A stretch of 64,000 nt of DNA from an uncultured delta proteobacterium (lineage in GTDB: Bacteria > Myxococcota > Myxococcia > Myxococcales > Anaeromyxobacteraceae). Position 1 is the stretch's first letter. Every line of letters starts with the position of its first letter. The notes below the pieces were generated by a model. It was not told the origin of the DNA and made no database searches. It saw only the letters and a list, made by a program, of their open reading frames with translations. The stretch lies in assembly GCA_963828255.1 (NCBI GenBank), contig CAWHDZ010000025.1, positions 64,001 to 128,000 on the forward strand, given 5' to 3'. The position numbers and the translations under genes were made by a program. Positions 51,171 to 61,567 of the stretch are shown piece after piece.

Positions 51171-51891
51171 CCGCCCGCTCCTGGGCCACCCGCAGGAGGA
51201 ACTCCTCCACGATCGCCATCGCCTCCTCCGGCCTCCGCTGCAGGACGAGGTGCGGCGTGTCGAGCATGCGCACCTCGACCCGCGGCTGCAGCGCCCGGAT
51301 CTCCGACGGGAGCGTCGGTCGCAGCAACCGGTCCTTCTTTCCCCCCAGGAAGAGGAGCGGGACGGGGCACTTCCGCAGCGCCTCCGACGCATCCACCGCG
51401 AGCGCCTCGCGGGCCCGCGCGGCCATCACCCGGGCCGGCACGGGGCGCACCGCCTCCCGGACCTCCTCCACCAGGTCCGGCGGCGCATCTCCTCCGGCGA
51501 GCAGCAACCGGACCACGTGGGGCGGCAGGGGCAGCCGGAAGAAGGCCGGCCCGAGCGGCGCCGCCCGGGCGATGAGCGCGTTCGCCGGCTTCCGGTGGAA
51601 GGTCGCGGCCAGCACCACGCCCACGAGCCCCTCCGGCCTCGCCGACGCCACCCGCAGCGAAAGCGGCCCGCCGAACGACTCACCCAGGATCGCGAACGGC
51701 TCACCCCGGGGAAGCTTCGACCGCACCAGCGTCTCGAGGTCGGCGTAGCCGAGGAAGCGGTCCTGCGGATACGGCACCCGCCGGAAGTCCAGCGCGCCAG
51801 TCGCCACCGCGAGGAAGCGCGCGAAGAGGTTGGTGCTCCCGTCGAGCCCGGGGAGCAGCAGGACGGGAAGCGGCTTCGCCCTCGCGGTCAC
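51166..51891 (-). CDS. Alpha/beta hydrolase
   Basis: LPGLDG, GESFGG nucleophile elbow, Asp in KKDRL, His in TPHL. Confidence 0.85.
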   Translation of the reverse strand: MTARAKPLPVLLLPGLDGSTNLFARFLAVATGALDFRRVPYPQDRFLGYADLETLVRSKLPRGEPFAILGESFGGPLSLRVASARPEGLVGVVLAATFHRKPANALIARAAPLGPAFFRLPLPPHVVRLLLAGGDAPPDLVEEVREAVRPVPARVMAARAREALAVDASEALRKCPVPLLFLGGKKDRLLRPTLPSEIRALQPRVEVRMLDTPHLVLQRRPEEAMAIVEEFLLRVAQERAA

Positions 51892-51903
51892 CAGCCGATC
51901 ATC

Positions 51904-52257
51904 TCAGAAAAAGAACCGGTCCGGTACGCCCCGCGTCCACTCCAGGATGGTGGGCCACCCCACCACCGCGTCGACCACCTGCTGCGCCACCCCCGGGTCG
52001 AGCCCCGACTCCACGAGCCCTGCCGAGCAGGCGAGCAGCCTGCACGTCCCGGCGCCACGGGCCTGGAAGAGCGCCCGCGCCGGGCCTTCGTCGCGCTCCT
52101 CCGCGGCCTCCACGACGGCGCCAACCGCCTGTCCCAGCAGGAAGACGTCCACCCGGTCCCCCATGGCTGCCGCGGCGAGCGCGCAGGAACCGGCCATCCG
52201 GAGCGAGCCCTCGTCGGCCCGGGAGAGAAACACGATGGTGCGCCGGTCGCTCGTCAC
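51904..52257 (-). CDS. DsrE/DrsE-like peroxiredoxin-fold protein
   Basis: AAAMGDRVDVF, LLACS, VVGWPT. Confidence 0.65.
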   Translation of the reverse strand: MTSDRRTIVFLSRADEGSLRMAGSCALAAAAMGDRVDVFLLGQAVGAVVEAAEERDEGPARALFQARGAGTCRLLACSAGLVESGLDPGVAQQVVDAVVGWPTILEWTRGVPDRFFF

Positions 52258-52296
52258 GATTCCCCTGCTTTCGCGCCGTGTTATAACCCGCGCGCC

Positions 52297-53931
52297 ATGT
52301 CCGAAGAGAAGAAGCGCGAAGCCGGCCCGGTCGTCGTCCGCAAGGGCCACGTGAAGCCCCCTCCCCCTGGCGTGAAGATCGAGACGCCGGTGGAGGAGCA
52401 ACTCGGCGCTGCAGATGCCCCCGCGGCGCCCGCCGCCGAGGATCGACGGCCGCTCTGGCAGCGCCTCGCCGACCAGAAGTCCGCCGAGATCGCCGGCGCG
52501 ACGGCTGCACCCGCATCGCGGTCCGCGGCGGCCGGCGCCGCTTCGCCGTCACAGCCCCCCCGCCCCCCGCGCCCGCCCCGCCCTTCCGGTTTCGGCGGTC
52601 CCGGCGATCGCGGTCCCCGGCGCGACGGCGGTCCGCGCGACCGACGCGAGCCGCGGCGCGACGCCGGGCCCCGCGAGCCGCCCCCGCCCCAGCTTCCCCC
52701 CGGCGAGCCGCCTCCTCCGGCGCCCGAGGCTCCGGTCGCCGACGAGGGCTCCTTCGCCGACATGTACGCCGACGCGGCCGCGGCGGCCCGCCCGCGCCGC
52801 CGCTTCCAGCCCGGCGAGAAGGTGGCCGGCAAGATCCTCCAGATCGGCCAGGACATGGCCTTCCTGGAGCTCGGCTCCGGCCTCGCCGACGGGATGATCG
52901 AGACCATCGAGCTGCAGGACGACGACGGCAAGCTCGAGTTCCAGGCCGGCGACATCATCGACGGCGTGGTGGTGAAGGGCGGCGAGCGCGGCGTGGTGGT
53001 GAGCCGCGGCAAGGCCAAGGTCCACTCCGACCGCCGCGCCGTCATCGAGGCCGCCCAGACCGGCCTCCCGGTGGAAGGGGTCGTCACCGCGGCCAACAAG
53101 GGCGGCATCGAGGTGGACGTGATGGGCCAGCGGGCCTTCTGCCCCATGTCCCAGATCGACATCCGCTTCGTGGGCGACCCGACCACGCTCGTGGGGCAGC
53201 GCTTCCAGTTCCGCGTCCAGAAGGCCGACGAGCGGGACATCGTCCTCTCCCGCCGCGCGCTGCTCGAGGAGGAGCGCGCCGACCAGGCCAGGAAGACCCG
53301 CGAGCGGCTCGAGCCGGGAGCGGCCTTCGAGGGCACGGTCACGAGCGTCCAGGACTACGGCGCCTTCATCGACATCGGCGGCATCGAGGGGCTGGTCCAC
53401 GTCTCCGAGCTGGCCTGGGACCGGGTGTCGAAGCCCGGCGACCTGCTCCGGCAGGGCGACAAGGTCCAGGTGCAGGTCCTCAAGATCGAGGAGGACGCCA
53501 GGAAGGGCACGCGCATCTCGCTCAGCGTGAAGGCGCTCGTCCCCCGCCCCGAGCCGGTGGCCGCGCCGCCCCGCCCGGTCAACGCCCCGCCTCCGCCCCC
53601 CAAGGTCGGCGACGTGGTGAAGGGCACGGTGGATCGCATCGAGCCCTACGGCGTCTTCGTCCGCTTCGCCGGCGGCCGCGGCCTCGTCCCCGCCTCCGAG
53701 ACCGGCACGCCGCGCGGCCAGGATCTGAAGAAGGCCTTCCCGACCGGCGCCGAGATCACCGTCCTCGTCACCGACATCGACGAGCGCGGCCGGATCCGGC
53801 TCTCCCGCACCCAGGCCGACGCCGCCGACGAGCGGCGCGAGGCCAACGAGTACATGGCCAAGGCCCCCCGGGCCAGCGGCAAGGGCTTCGGAACACTGGG
53901 CGATCTGCTGAGGAGCAAGCTCAAGGGCTGA
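52297..53931 (+). CDS. S1 RNA-binding repeat protein (ribosomal protein S1-like, four S1 domains)
   Basis: NKGGIEV..RAFCPMSQ, YGAFIDIGGIEGLVHVSEL, C-terminal GFGTLGDLL; long Pro/Arg-rich N-terminus. Confidence 0.88.
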   Translation: MSEEKKREAGPVVVRKGHVKPPPPGVKIETPVEEQLGAADAPAAPAAEDRRPLWQRLADQKSAEIAGATAAPASRSAAAGAASPSQPPRPPRPPRPSGFGGPGDRGPRRDGGPRDRREPRRDAGPREPPPPQLPPGEPPPPAPEAPVADEGSFADMYADAAAAARPRRRFQPGEKVAGKILQIGQDMAFLELGSGLADGMIETIELQDDDGKLEFQAGDIIDGVVVKGGERGVVVSRGKAKVHSDRRAVIEAAQTGLPVEGVVTAANKGGIEVDVMGQRAFCPMSQIDIRFVGDPTTLVGQRFQFRVQKADERDIVLSRRALLEEERADQARKTRERLEPGAAFEGTVTSVQDYGAFIDIGGIEGLVHVSELAWDRVSKPGDLLRQGDKVQVQVLKIEEDARKGTRISLSVKALVPRPEPVAAPPRPVNAPPPPPKVGDVVKGTVDRIEPYGVFVRFAGGRGLVPASETGTPRGQDLKKAFPTGAEITVLVTDIDERGRIRLSRTQADAADERREANEYMAKAPRASGKGFGTLGDLLRSKLKG

Positions 53932-54050
53932 CGGCTGTCCGGGCGCCGTCCGGACCCGTCGGAACACTTCAAACCGCGGGGCCCCCTGTGCTATCAAAGG
54001 GGGTCCTCGCGAGCCCATTTTCCCCTTCCATCGTCAAGGGAGTCCCGAGC

Positions 54051-55847
54051 ATGTCCTCGACCGCCGCGCCCACGAAGAACCCCCACCTGCTGGCCTGGGT
54101 GGACGAGATGGCGAAGCTCACCACGCCCGACAAGATCCTCTGGCTCGACGGCTCCGATAGGGAGCGCCAGGAACTGATCGCCCAGGCGGTCGTGGACAAG
54201 GTGCTCATCCCGCTCGACCAGAAGAAGTGGCCGGGCTGCTACTACCACCACTCGAACAAGAACGACGTCGCCCGCGTCGAGCACCTCACCATCATCTGCA
54301 CGCCCACCAAGGAGGAGGCCGGCCCCACCAACACCTGGGTCGCCCCCGCCGAGATGTACGCGAAGATGCGTGGCCTCTTCGCCGGCTGCATGAAGGGGCG
54401 CACCATGTACGTGACGCCCTACGTGATGGGGCCCGCCGACTCGCCGTTCGCCAAGGTGGGCATCGAGCTCACCGACTCGGTCTACGTGGCGCTCAACATG
54501 GGCCTCATGACCCGCATGGGCAAGGTGGCCCTCGACCGGCTCGGCGACAAGAACGACTTCAACAAGGGGCTCCACGCGGTCGCCGAGTGCGACCCCGAGA
54601 AGCGCTTCATCACCCACTTCCCGCAGGACAACACCATCTGGTCGGTGGGGTCGGGATACGGCGGCAACGCGCTCCTCGGCAAGAAGTGCCTGGCGCTCCG
54701 CATCGGCTCCTACCTGGCCAGGAAGGAGGGCTGGCTCGCCGAGCACATGCTCATCCTCGAGGCCGAGAGCCCCGAGGGGGAGATCAGCTACGTGGCGGCG
54801 GCCTTCCCGTCGGCCTGCGGCAAGACGAACTTCGCCATGCTCATCCCCCCGCAGGAGTTCGCGGGCTGGAAGATCCGCACCGTGGGCGACGACATCGCCT
54901 GGATGCGCGTCGGACCCGACGGCCGCCTCTGGGCGGTGAACCCCGAGGCCGGTTACTTCGGCGTGGTCCCGGGCACCAACAACAAGACCAACCCCAACGC
55001 CATGGCGAGCATGACCCGCGACACGTTCTTCACGAACGTGGCCCGCACCGTGGACGGCGACGTCTGGTGGGAGGGGCACGACGCCCCGCCCCCCGAGACC
55101 TGCATCGACTGGAAGGGCGACGTCTGGAAGAAGGGGAGCGCCGACAAGGCGGCCCACCCGAACAGCCGGTTCACCGCCCCGATGGTCAACAACCCGGCCA
55201 TCTCCCGCTTCGCCAGCGACCCGCGGGGGGTGCCCATCAGCGCCCTCATCTTCGGCGGCCGCCGCGCCAACACGGTCCCGCTCGTGCTCCAGTCCTTCAA
55301 CTGGACCCACGGCGTCTACCTGGGCGCCACCATGGGCTCCGAGACCACCGCCGCCGCCACCAGCGCGGTGGGCGTGGTCCGCCGCGACCCCATGGCCATG
55401 CTGCCCTTCCTGGGCTACGACGCCGGCAGCTACCTGCAGCACTGGCTCGACATGCAGGACCGCATCCCCAACCCGCCCAAGATCTTCATGGTGAACTGGT
55501 TCCGCAAGAACGCGGACGGCAAGTTCGTCTGGCCGGGATACGGCGACAACATGCGGGTCCTCAAGTGGATCCTCGACCGCTCCCACGGCCGCACCAACGC
55601 CCAGGAGACGGTCATCGGCTGGACGCCGGTCGCGGGCGACATCGACATGGCCGGGCTCGACGTCCCCAAGGAGTCGGTCGAGCAGGCCACCCGCATCGAC
55701 CTGGGCGAATGGCAGTACGAGCTCGAGGACACCAAGGAGTGGTTCGACAAGATCGGCAAGACGCTGCCCGCCCAGCTCGAGCTGGAGCGGCAGCTTCTCC
55801 TCGCGTCCGTGAAGAACGCGCGGGCGGTGGCGGCCGGGAAGAAGTAG
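54051..55847 (+). CDS. pckG: Phosphoenolpyruvate carboxykinase (GTP)
   Basis: GYGGNALLGKKC, FPSACGKTN, VGDDIAW, HPNSRF, RRDPMAMLPF. Confidence 0.97.
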   Translation: MSSTAAPTKNPHLLAWVDEMAKLTTPDKILWLDGSDRERQELIAQAVVDKVLIPLDQKKWPGCYYHHSNKNDVARVEHLTIICTPTKEEAGPTNTWVAPAEMYAKMRGLFAGCMKGRTMYVTPYVMGPADSPFAKVGIELTDSVYVALNMGLMTRMGKVALDRLGDKNDFNKGLHAVAECDPEKRFITHFPQDNTIWSVGSGYGGNALLGKKCLALRIGSYLARKEGWLAEHMLILEAESPEGEISYVAAAFPSACGKTNFAMLIPPQEFAGWKIRTVGDDIAWMRVGPDGRLWAVNPEAGYFGVVPGTNNKTNPNAMASMTRDTFFTNVARTVDGDVWWEGHDAPPPETCIDWKGDVWKKGSADKAAHPNSRFTAPMVNNPAISRFASDPRGVPISALIFGGRRANTVPLVLQSFNWTHGVYLGATMGSETTAAATSAVGVVRRDPMAMLPFLGYDAGSYLQHWLDMQDRIPNPPKIFMVNWFRKNADGKFVWPGYGDNMRVLKWILDRSHGRTNAQETVIGWTPVAGDIDMAGLDVPKESVEQATRIDLGEWQYELEDTKEWFDKIGKTLPAQLELERQLLLASVKNARAVAAGKK

Positions 55848-55856
55848 ATCCCGGGC

Positions 55857-56594
55857 GTGTGCACGCTCGCACTCGCCTTCCACGCCGACCGGCGCTGGCC
55901 GCTCGTCGTCGCAGCCAACCGCGACGAGCGGCTCGCCCGCCCCTCCGAGGACTGGGCCCTGCGCGCGCCTCCAGGCGCGCCCCGGCACGCCGCGCCCCGC
56001 GATGCGGTGGCGGGCGGCACCTGGATCGGGGTGGGCGCCACCGGCCTCTTCGCCGGCATCACGAACTTCCACTCGTCGCCCGGCCACCCTCCCGATCCCA
56101 CCCGGAGGAGCCGCGGGGAGATCGTGGCCCGCGTGCTGGGCCAGCCGTCGGCCGCCGCGGCCCGGGATCTCTGCGTGCGCACCGAGGCGAGCCTCCATAA
56201 CCCCTTCCACCTGATGGTCGCCGACGCGGCGTCGGCGTTCCTCTGGTGGTTCGACGGCGAGGCCTCCTCCCTCGAGGACCTGGGGCCCGGCCTCCACGTC
56301 GCCACCGAGCGGTCGCCCCAGGGCCGCGACCCCCGTGGCGAGGCCCTGCGGGCCCGCTGGCCGGTCGATCCATCGCCGGTCCGGCTGCGGGAGCTCCTCG
56401 GCAGCCACGCCCTGCCCCCCGGCCCCGGCGTCTGCGTCCACCACGGCGACGTCTACGGAACCCGCTCCTCGGCGGTGATCCGGCTCGCCCCGGCCCTGCA
56501 CCACTCCGAGCTCTACGCCGCCGACGGCCCTCCCTGCACGACCCCCTTCGAGGACCGTTCCGACCTGCTCGTGGCCCTCTCCCGGCCGGCCTGA
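55857..56594 (+). CDS. NRDE/TANGO2 family protein
   Basis: MC N-terminus, AANRDE, GGTWIG, SRGEIV, YGTRSS. Confidence 0.9.
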   Translation: MCTLALAFHADRRWPLVVAANRDERLARPSEDWALRAPPGAPRHAAPRDAVAGGTWIGVGATGLFAGITNFHSSPGHPPDPTRRSRGEIVARVLGQPSAAAARDLCVRTEASLHNPFHLMVADAASAFLWWFDGEASSLEDLGPGLHVATERSPQGRDPRGEALRARWPVDPSPVRLRELLGSHALPPGPGVCVHHGDVYGTRSSAVIRLAPALHHSELYAADGPPCTTPFEDRSDLLVALSRPA

Positions 56595-56645
56595 CGGCGT
56601 CGAGGCGCCCTTGACGCCGCCCCTCCCCGCCGGCATCTATCCGGC

Positions 56646-56978
56646 ATGGGACTCCTCGACCGCATCACGCCTCGGCCTCCTCCCGCTCCGCCCCCGGAGA
56701 CCATCGACCTGAACGACGCGGGCGAGTTCGTGATCGGCTGGCCGGGCGGGCGGGTCGCCATCCTCCCCGCCTTCACGCTGCGCGACATGTGCCCCTGCGC
56801 CAGCTGCATCGAGGAGGGCACGGGAAGGAAGATCCTCGACCCGGGCACCATCCCCCTCGACATCCACGCCGAGGGCATCGACCCGGTGGGCAGCTACGCC
56901 ATCCAGGTCCGCTGGTCGGACGGCCACGACACCGGGCTCTACACCTGGGAGCAGCTGCGCAAGGCCTCGGGGCTTTGA
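56646..56978 (+). CDS. DUF971/GBBH-N family protein
   Basis: LRDMCPCASC, VGSYAIQVRWSDGHDTGLYTW. Confidence 0.88.
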   Translation: MGLLDRITPRPPPAPPPETIDLNDAGEFVIGWPGGRVAILPAFTLRDMCPCASCIEEGTGRKILDPGTIPLDIHAEGIDPVGSYAIQVRWSDGHDTGLYTWEQLRKASGL

Positions 56979-57011
56979 TAGCGTCGCCCGGTTGGCCCGA
57001 GCCCGGCCGGG

Positions 57012-57917
57012 TCACACCATCCGGCGGGCCGGCGGCGCGATGCGGGTGTGCCGGTTCACGTCGGGTGCGATCCCCTGGCGGGCCCGGGCGAAGCGCAGGC
57101 CGTTCATGGCCCCCTCCCCGCCGCGCAGCGCGTGGACGAGGAGCTTCACCGCGAAAGGGTCGGCGTGGCCGGAGGCCGCCTCGGCCACCAGGAGGTCCGC
57201 GGCCCCGCGCGCCCCGTAGGGCTCGGAGCGGTAGGCGCGACCGTGGGTCAGCGCCGCGTAGGCGCTCGAGATGGCCACCACCTCGGTGGTCGGCGAGGGG
57301 CGCTCGGCCAGGTCGGGGTAGCCCTGCCCGTCGCGCCAGTGGTGGGCCAGCGCCGCCTCGACCGCGGGGTGGCTGCCCAGGGTGCAGGCCAGGTGGAAGG
57401 CGCCCAGCAGCGGGTGCGACGCGACGTCGAGTGCGTCGTCGCCGTGGATGGAGTCCGGGGTGGCCATCACCCGCGGCGGGACGTGGCGCATGCCGATGTC
57501 GTGCAGCAGCGCCGCCGCGGCGATCTGGGGCGACGCCCGCGCCGTCCCCGCCGCCGCCAGGATGAGGCGCGAGGTCACCGCCGCCGTGGAGAGCGCGTGC
57601 CGGTAGCGCACCGGGTCGAGGAGCTTCGCCGCAGCCATCTCCTCCACGAGCGGCTGGGGAAGCTTGGCGGACTCGACGACCCGCCGGACGTCCCGCTCGA
57701 TCTCCTCGGTCCGGATCAAGGGCCGGAGGACCGGATCGCGGAGGATCTCGGCCAGGTCGTCGGCCAGGAACGTCTCCGAGAGCGGCGTTCCGGGTCCCGG
57801 CCTGGCCGAGGCGGCCGCCTCGGCGATCGACTCGACCGAGATGACCGTCCCGGCCCTGGCGAGCACACGCCCGCCGCAGTCGGTGAGGTCCCTGCGAAGC
57901 TTGACCCGGTCGAACAT
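57012..57917 (-). CDS. HD-GYP domain protein (degenerate)
   Basis: LLHDIG, HPLLG, HHWRDGQGYP. Confidence 0.8.
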   Translation of the reverse strand: MFDRVKLRRDLTDCGGRVLARAGTVISVESIAEAAASARPGPGTPLSETFLADDLAEILRDPVLRPLIRTEEIERDVRRVVESAKLPQPLVEEMAAAKLLDPVRYRHALSTAAVTSRLILAAAGTARASPQIAAAALLHDIGMRHVPPRVMATPDSIHGDDALDVASHPLLGAFHLACTLGSHPAVEAALAHHWRDGQGYPDLAERPSPTTEVVAISSAYAALTHGRAYRSEPYGARGAADLLVAEAASGHADPFAVKLLVHALRGGEGAMNGLRFARARQGIAPDVNRHTRIAPPARRMV

Positions 57918-58038
57918 CGCGTCCCTGTACCAGGGTAACAGGACACGGGAAGGGTGTCGTCGAGCGCCCCGTGGGGGGCGCCTCCAGGGAGGGTGGGATT
58001 CCGGACTACACCGCTGGTTGGCGTAGCCCTGGCGACGG

Positions 58039-58530
58039 TCAGCGCTTCTTCCGGGAGAGGGCCCGGTCCATCTCGCGGCGGCTCTCCCGCTCGGCGATGG
58101 TGTCGCGCCGGTCCTCGTGGGTCTTGCCGCGCCCGAGCCCAAGATCGACCTTGGCCCAACCGTCCTTGAAGTAGAGGGAGATCGGGACGAGCGTCATGCC
58201 GCGCTGCTCGACCTTTCCACGCAGCTTCTCGATCTCCGCGCGGTTGAGGAGCAGCCTGCGCTCCCGCAGCGGCTCGTGCCCGAAGCTGGCCGCGGCCTTG
58301 TACTCCCCGATGCGGCAGTTGAAGAGCCACAGGTCGTCGCCGCGCATCGCCGCGTAGGAGTCGGAGAGGGCGACGTTGCCCTCGCGCAGCGACTTCACTT
58401 CACTTCCGGTGAGCACGAGCCCGGCCTCGATCCGCTCCTCGATGGCGTAGTCGAAGACGGCGCGCCGGTTCTTGGCCACGACCTTGACGCCGTCGTCGTC
58501 GGCCTTCCTGCCCTTGCCCGACTTGCTCAC
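58039..58530 (-). CDS. smpB: SsrA-binding protein
   Basis: NRRAVFDY, EAGLVLTGSEVKSLR, HEPLRERRLLL. Confidence 0.96.
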   Translation of the reverse strand: MSKSGKGRKADDDGVKVVAKNRRAVFDYAIEERIEAGLVLTGSEVKSLREGNVALSDSYAAMRGDDLWLFNCRIGEYKAAASFGHEPLRERRLLLNRAEIEKLRGKVEQRGMTLVPISLYFKDGWAKVDLGLGRGKTHEDRRDTIAERESRREMDRALSRKKR

Positions 58531-59396
58531 GGCAGCGCCAGGTTGTCGATGAGCCGGGTGCGCCCGAGGAAGACCGCGGCGAGCGCGCGGGTGCCCGGGA
58601 CCGCGCGCTCCACCGGCCGCAGCGTCTCGGGGTGCACGAGCTCGACGTAGTCGAGCCTCATCCCGGCCGCCTCGATCGCCGCCCGGACCCCGGAGGCCAG
58701 CACGGAAGGATCGCGCTCCCCCTGGCCGGCGCGTCGCCCGGCCTCGCCGAGCGCCCGGGAGATGGCCACGGCGCGCCCGCGCTCATCGGCCGTGAGGTAG
58801 GCGTTGCGCGAGGACATGGCCAGCCCGTCGGCCTCCCGGACGATGGGCATCCCCACCACGTCCACCCCCATGTCGAGGTCGACGGACATGCGGCGCAATA
58901 CTTGGAGTTGTTGCCAGTCCTTCTCGCCGAAGAGGGCCACGTGGGGCCGGGAGAGACCGAAGAGCTTCGCCACCACCGTGGCCACGCCGCGGAAGTGGCC
59001 CGGACGGCGCTCCCCGCAGAGCCCCCTCGACACCTCGGAGACCTCCACCCAGGTCTGGAAGGCGGCCGGGTAGACCGCGGACGGGTCCTCCGGGGCGAGC
59101 ACCACGTCCACCCCGGCCGCGCCGCACTTGGCGAGGTCCCCCTCGAGGTCGCGCGGGTAGCGGGCCAGGTCCTCGCCCGGACCGAACTGGGCCGGGTTCA
59201 CGAAGATGGTGGCGAGCGAGAGCCCGGGCCTTCCGCCCTGGTCGGCACGGTGGCGCGCCTCGCGCATGAGCGAGAGGTGCCCGTCGTGCAGGTAGCCCAT
59301 GGTGGGGACGAGCGCGATGCGCACGCCCCCGTCGCGGGCGGCGGTGCAGCGGCGCTGCCACGCGGCCGGGTCGCGGATGAGCTCGGGGAGGGACAT
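58527..59396 (-). CDS. panC: Pantothenate synthetase
   Basis: VPTMGYLHDGH, FVNPAQF, RPGHFRGV, FGEKD, GLAMSSRN, RLIDN. Confidence 0.96.
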   Translation of the reverse strand: MSLPELIRDPAAWQRRCTAARDGGVRIALVPTMGYLHDGHLSLMREARHRADQGGRPGLSLATIFVNPAQFGPGEDLARYPRDLEGDLAKCGAAGVDVVLAPEDPSAVYPAAFQTWVEVSEVSRGLCGERRPGHFRGVATVVAKLFGLSRPHVALFGEKDWQQLQVLRRMSVDLDMGVDVVGMPIVREADGLAMSSRNAYLTADERGRAVAISRALGEAGRRAGQGERDPSVLASGVRAAIEAAGMRLDYVELVHPETLRPVERAVPGTRALAAVFLGRTRLIDNLALP

Positions 59397-59407
59397 CGAC
59401 GACGGAA

Positions 59408-60325
59408 CTATACCGGAGCCCCCACCACGCCGGCGTGGTCGTCGTCGGCGGAGGGCTGCTGCGGCACCACCTGGAGGAGGCGCAGCGACGGTGCGTGGAA
59501 GCTGTGCTCCTCGGCGGGGAAGGTGCCGGCCTTCACCTCGGACACGTAGGCCTGGACGCCGGCCTCGGCGGCCGGACCCAGCTCGGCGAAGCGCTTCACG
59601 AACTTGGGCTTGAACTCGGTCTCGAGCCCGAGGAGGTCGTGGTAGACGAGCACCTGGCCGTCGGTGTGGGGACCGGCACCGATGCCGATGGTGGGGATGG
59701 TGAGCTGCCCGGTGACGAGCCGCGCCAGCTCGGCCGGGATGCACTCCAGCACCACTGCGTAGCAGCCGGCGGCCTCGAGGGCGTGCACGTCCTGGATGAG
59801 CTTCTGGGCCTTCTCGCCGTCGCGCCCCTGCACCACGTAGCCGCCCATCTTGTGGACCGACTGCGGCGTGAGCCCCAGGTGGCCCATGACAGGGATGCCG
59901 GCGCGGACGATGCGCCCGATCACCTCGGCGTACTCGGCGCCGCCCTCGAGCTTCACCGCCTCGACCCCTCCCTCGGCCACCATCCGCATGGCGTTCTTCA
60001 CCGCCTCGTCGGCGCTGGCCTGGTAGCTGCCGAAGGGCATGTCGCCGACCAGGTGGGCGCGGCTCTGCGTCCGCGCAAGCCCGCGGCGCACCGAGGCGCA
60101 GTGGTAGATCATCTGGTCGAGGGTGACCGGCAGGGTGGACTCGTGCCCCTGCATGACCATCCCCACCGAGTCGCCGACCAGCACCGCGTCGACGCCGCCC
60201 CGGTCCACGAGGCGGGCGCTGGTGGAGTCGTAGGCGGTGACCACGGCGATCTTCTCGCCGGCGCCCTTCATGCGACGCAGCTCGTGGATGGTCACGCGCT
60301 TCCTCGGCGCGGTCTGGCTGGACAT
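59408..60325 (-). CDS. panB: Ketopantoate hydroxymethyltransferase
   Basis: [35 protein letters not shown]. Confidence 0.96.
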   Translation of the reverse strand: MSSQTAPRKRVTIHELRRMKGAGEKIAVVTAYDSTSARLVDRGGVDAVLVGDSVGMVMQGHESTLPVTLDQMIYHCASVRRGLARTQSRAHLVGDMPFGSYQASADEAVKNAMRMVAEGGVEAVKLEGGAEYAEVIGRIVRAGIPVMGHLGLTPQSVHKMGGYVVQGRDGEKAQKLIQDVHALEAAGCYAVVLECIPAELARLVTGQLTIPTIGIGAGPHTDGQVLVYHDLLGLETEFKPKFVKRFAELGPAAEAGVQAYVSEVKAGTFPAEEHSFHAPSLRLLQVVPQQPSADDDHAGVVGAPV

Positions 60326-60408
60326 GGCGCTTCGCCTCCGGTGTAGGCCTCGTACCGAGGTCCCGCCCATCGGGAAGGGGGAAATGTACCCGTACCGGGC
60401 CGGGGACG

Positions 60409-61053
60409 CTACTGGCTTCCGTGCCCGGCCAGGCTGAAGTGGAGCCGGCCGCGCCGGTGGCGCCGGATCTCCGTCTGGAGGGCGTCGAGGTCCGCCTCGT
60501 CCCCGAGGTCGATGTCGCTGGTGTTGACCACGAGCAGCGGCGTCTCCTCGTAGTGGAAGAAGAAGTCGCCGTAGGCCCGGCTCACCAGGTCCAGATAGTC
60601 CACCCCGACGCCGCGCTCGAAGTCGCGGCCACGCTTCTTCACGCGGCTGGCGAGCACTTCCGGGCGGGCCTGAAGGTAGACCACCAGGTCGGGCTTCACC
60701 ACCCGGGCGCCCAGCACCTGCCAGATGCGCTCGTAGAGGGCGAGCTCGTTCGGCTCCAGCGTCAGGCTCGCGAAGATGCGGTCCTTGGCGAAGAGGTAGT
60801 CGGCGACCGTGACCTGGTTGAAGAGGTCCTGCTGGAAGAGCTCCTGCTGCTGCTGGTAGCGGGAGAGCAGGAAGAAGAGCTGGGCCTGGAAGGCGTGCTT
60901 CTTCCGGTCCTGGTAGAAGCCGGGCAGGAAGGGGTTCTCCTCCACCGCTTCCAGCACCACCCGTCCCCCGAGCCGGTCGGCGAGAGCCGTGGCGAGCGTG
61001 GTCTTGCCCACGCCGATGGGACCCTCGATGGCGATGTACCTCGACTTTTCCAT
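60409..61053 (-). CDS. Deoxynucleoside kinase
   Basis: [41 protein letters not shown]. Confidence 0.92.
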   Translation of the reverse strand: MEKSRYIAIEGPIGVGKTTLATALADRLGGRVVLEAVEENPFLPGFYQDRKKHAFQAQLFFLLSRYQQQQELFQQDLFNQVTVADYLFAKDRIFASLTLEPNELALYERIWQVLGARVVKPDLVVYLQARPEVLASRVKKRGRDFERGVGVDYLDLVSRAYGDFFFHYEETPLLVVNTSDIDLGDEADLDALQTEIRRHRRGRLHFSLAGHGSQ

Positions 61054-61200
61054 CGTCGTTGCGAGAGCTTGCCACACGACACGGGGAGTGTCGATCGCGG
61101 GAGGGACCACGTGGGGGGTCGGGCCGCTTCCTTGACCTCGTCATGTGGCGTCATGTAGGGTCACGCCCGTCAACGTCTCGGCATGTAGCGCGGAGGCAGG

Positions 61201-61470
61201 ATGGTGGACGGGCGGCGTGGGCCGGTGGCGGGTCGGGGAACGGGGAGGGGATCGACCGCGGACGGCGCGGTCGATCCGGCCTATCAGAGGGCGATCCTCA
61301 AGATCGCCATCGAGCTCCGCAAGCCGGGAGCGAAGAGTTACGACGCCGTGGTCGAGGCGACCATCCAGGCGATGAGGCTCGATGCCGGAGCCTTCCGGAA
61401 GTACCTGGGCGAGAACGGGGCCCGCAACATGAGCCTCCTGCTCGCAACGGCGAGGGCTGCGGGAATCTAG
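61201..61470 (+). CDS. Small hypothetical protein
   Basis: GGAGG upstream; helical, non-repetitive composition. Confidence 0.55.
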   Translation: MVDGRRGPVAGRGTGRGSTADGAVDPAYQRAILKIAIELRKPGAKSYDAVVEATIQAMRLDAGAFRKYLGENGARNMSLLLATARAAGI

Positions 61471-61567
61471 CGCGGCCCGGTGGGAATGGGCGCCCTTCCG
61501 TAGGCGGGGCGTGGCGGCGGCGGCGGGCGGGAAATCTCTCGGTTGGGCGCCCAGTTGTTCACTACCG

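Noticed and set aside
57918..58038. tmRNA gene next to smpB
   Set aside because: The gap is only about 120 bp and has no tRNA-like ends.
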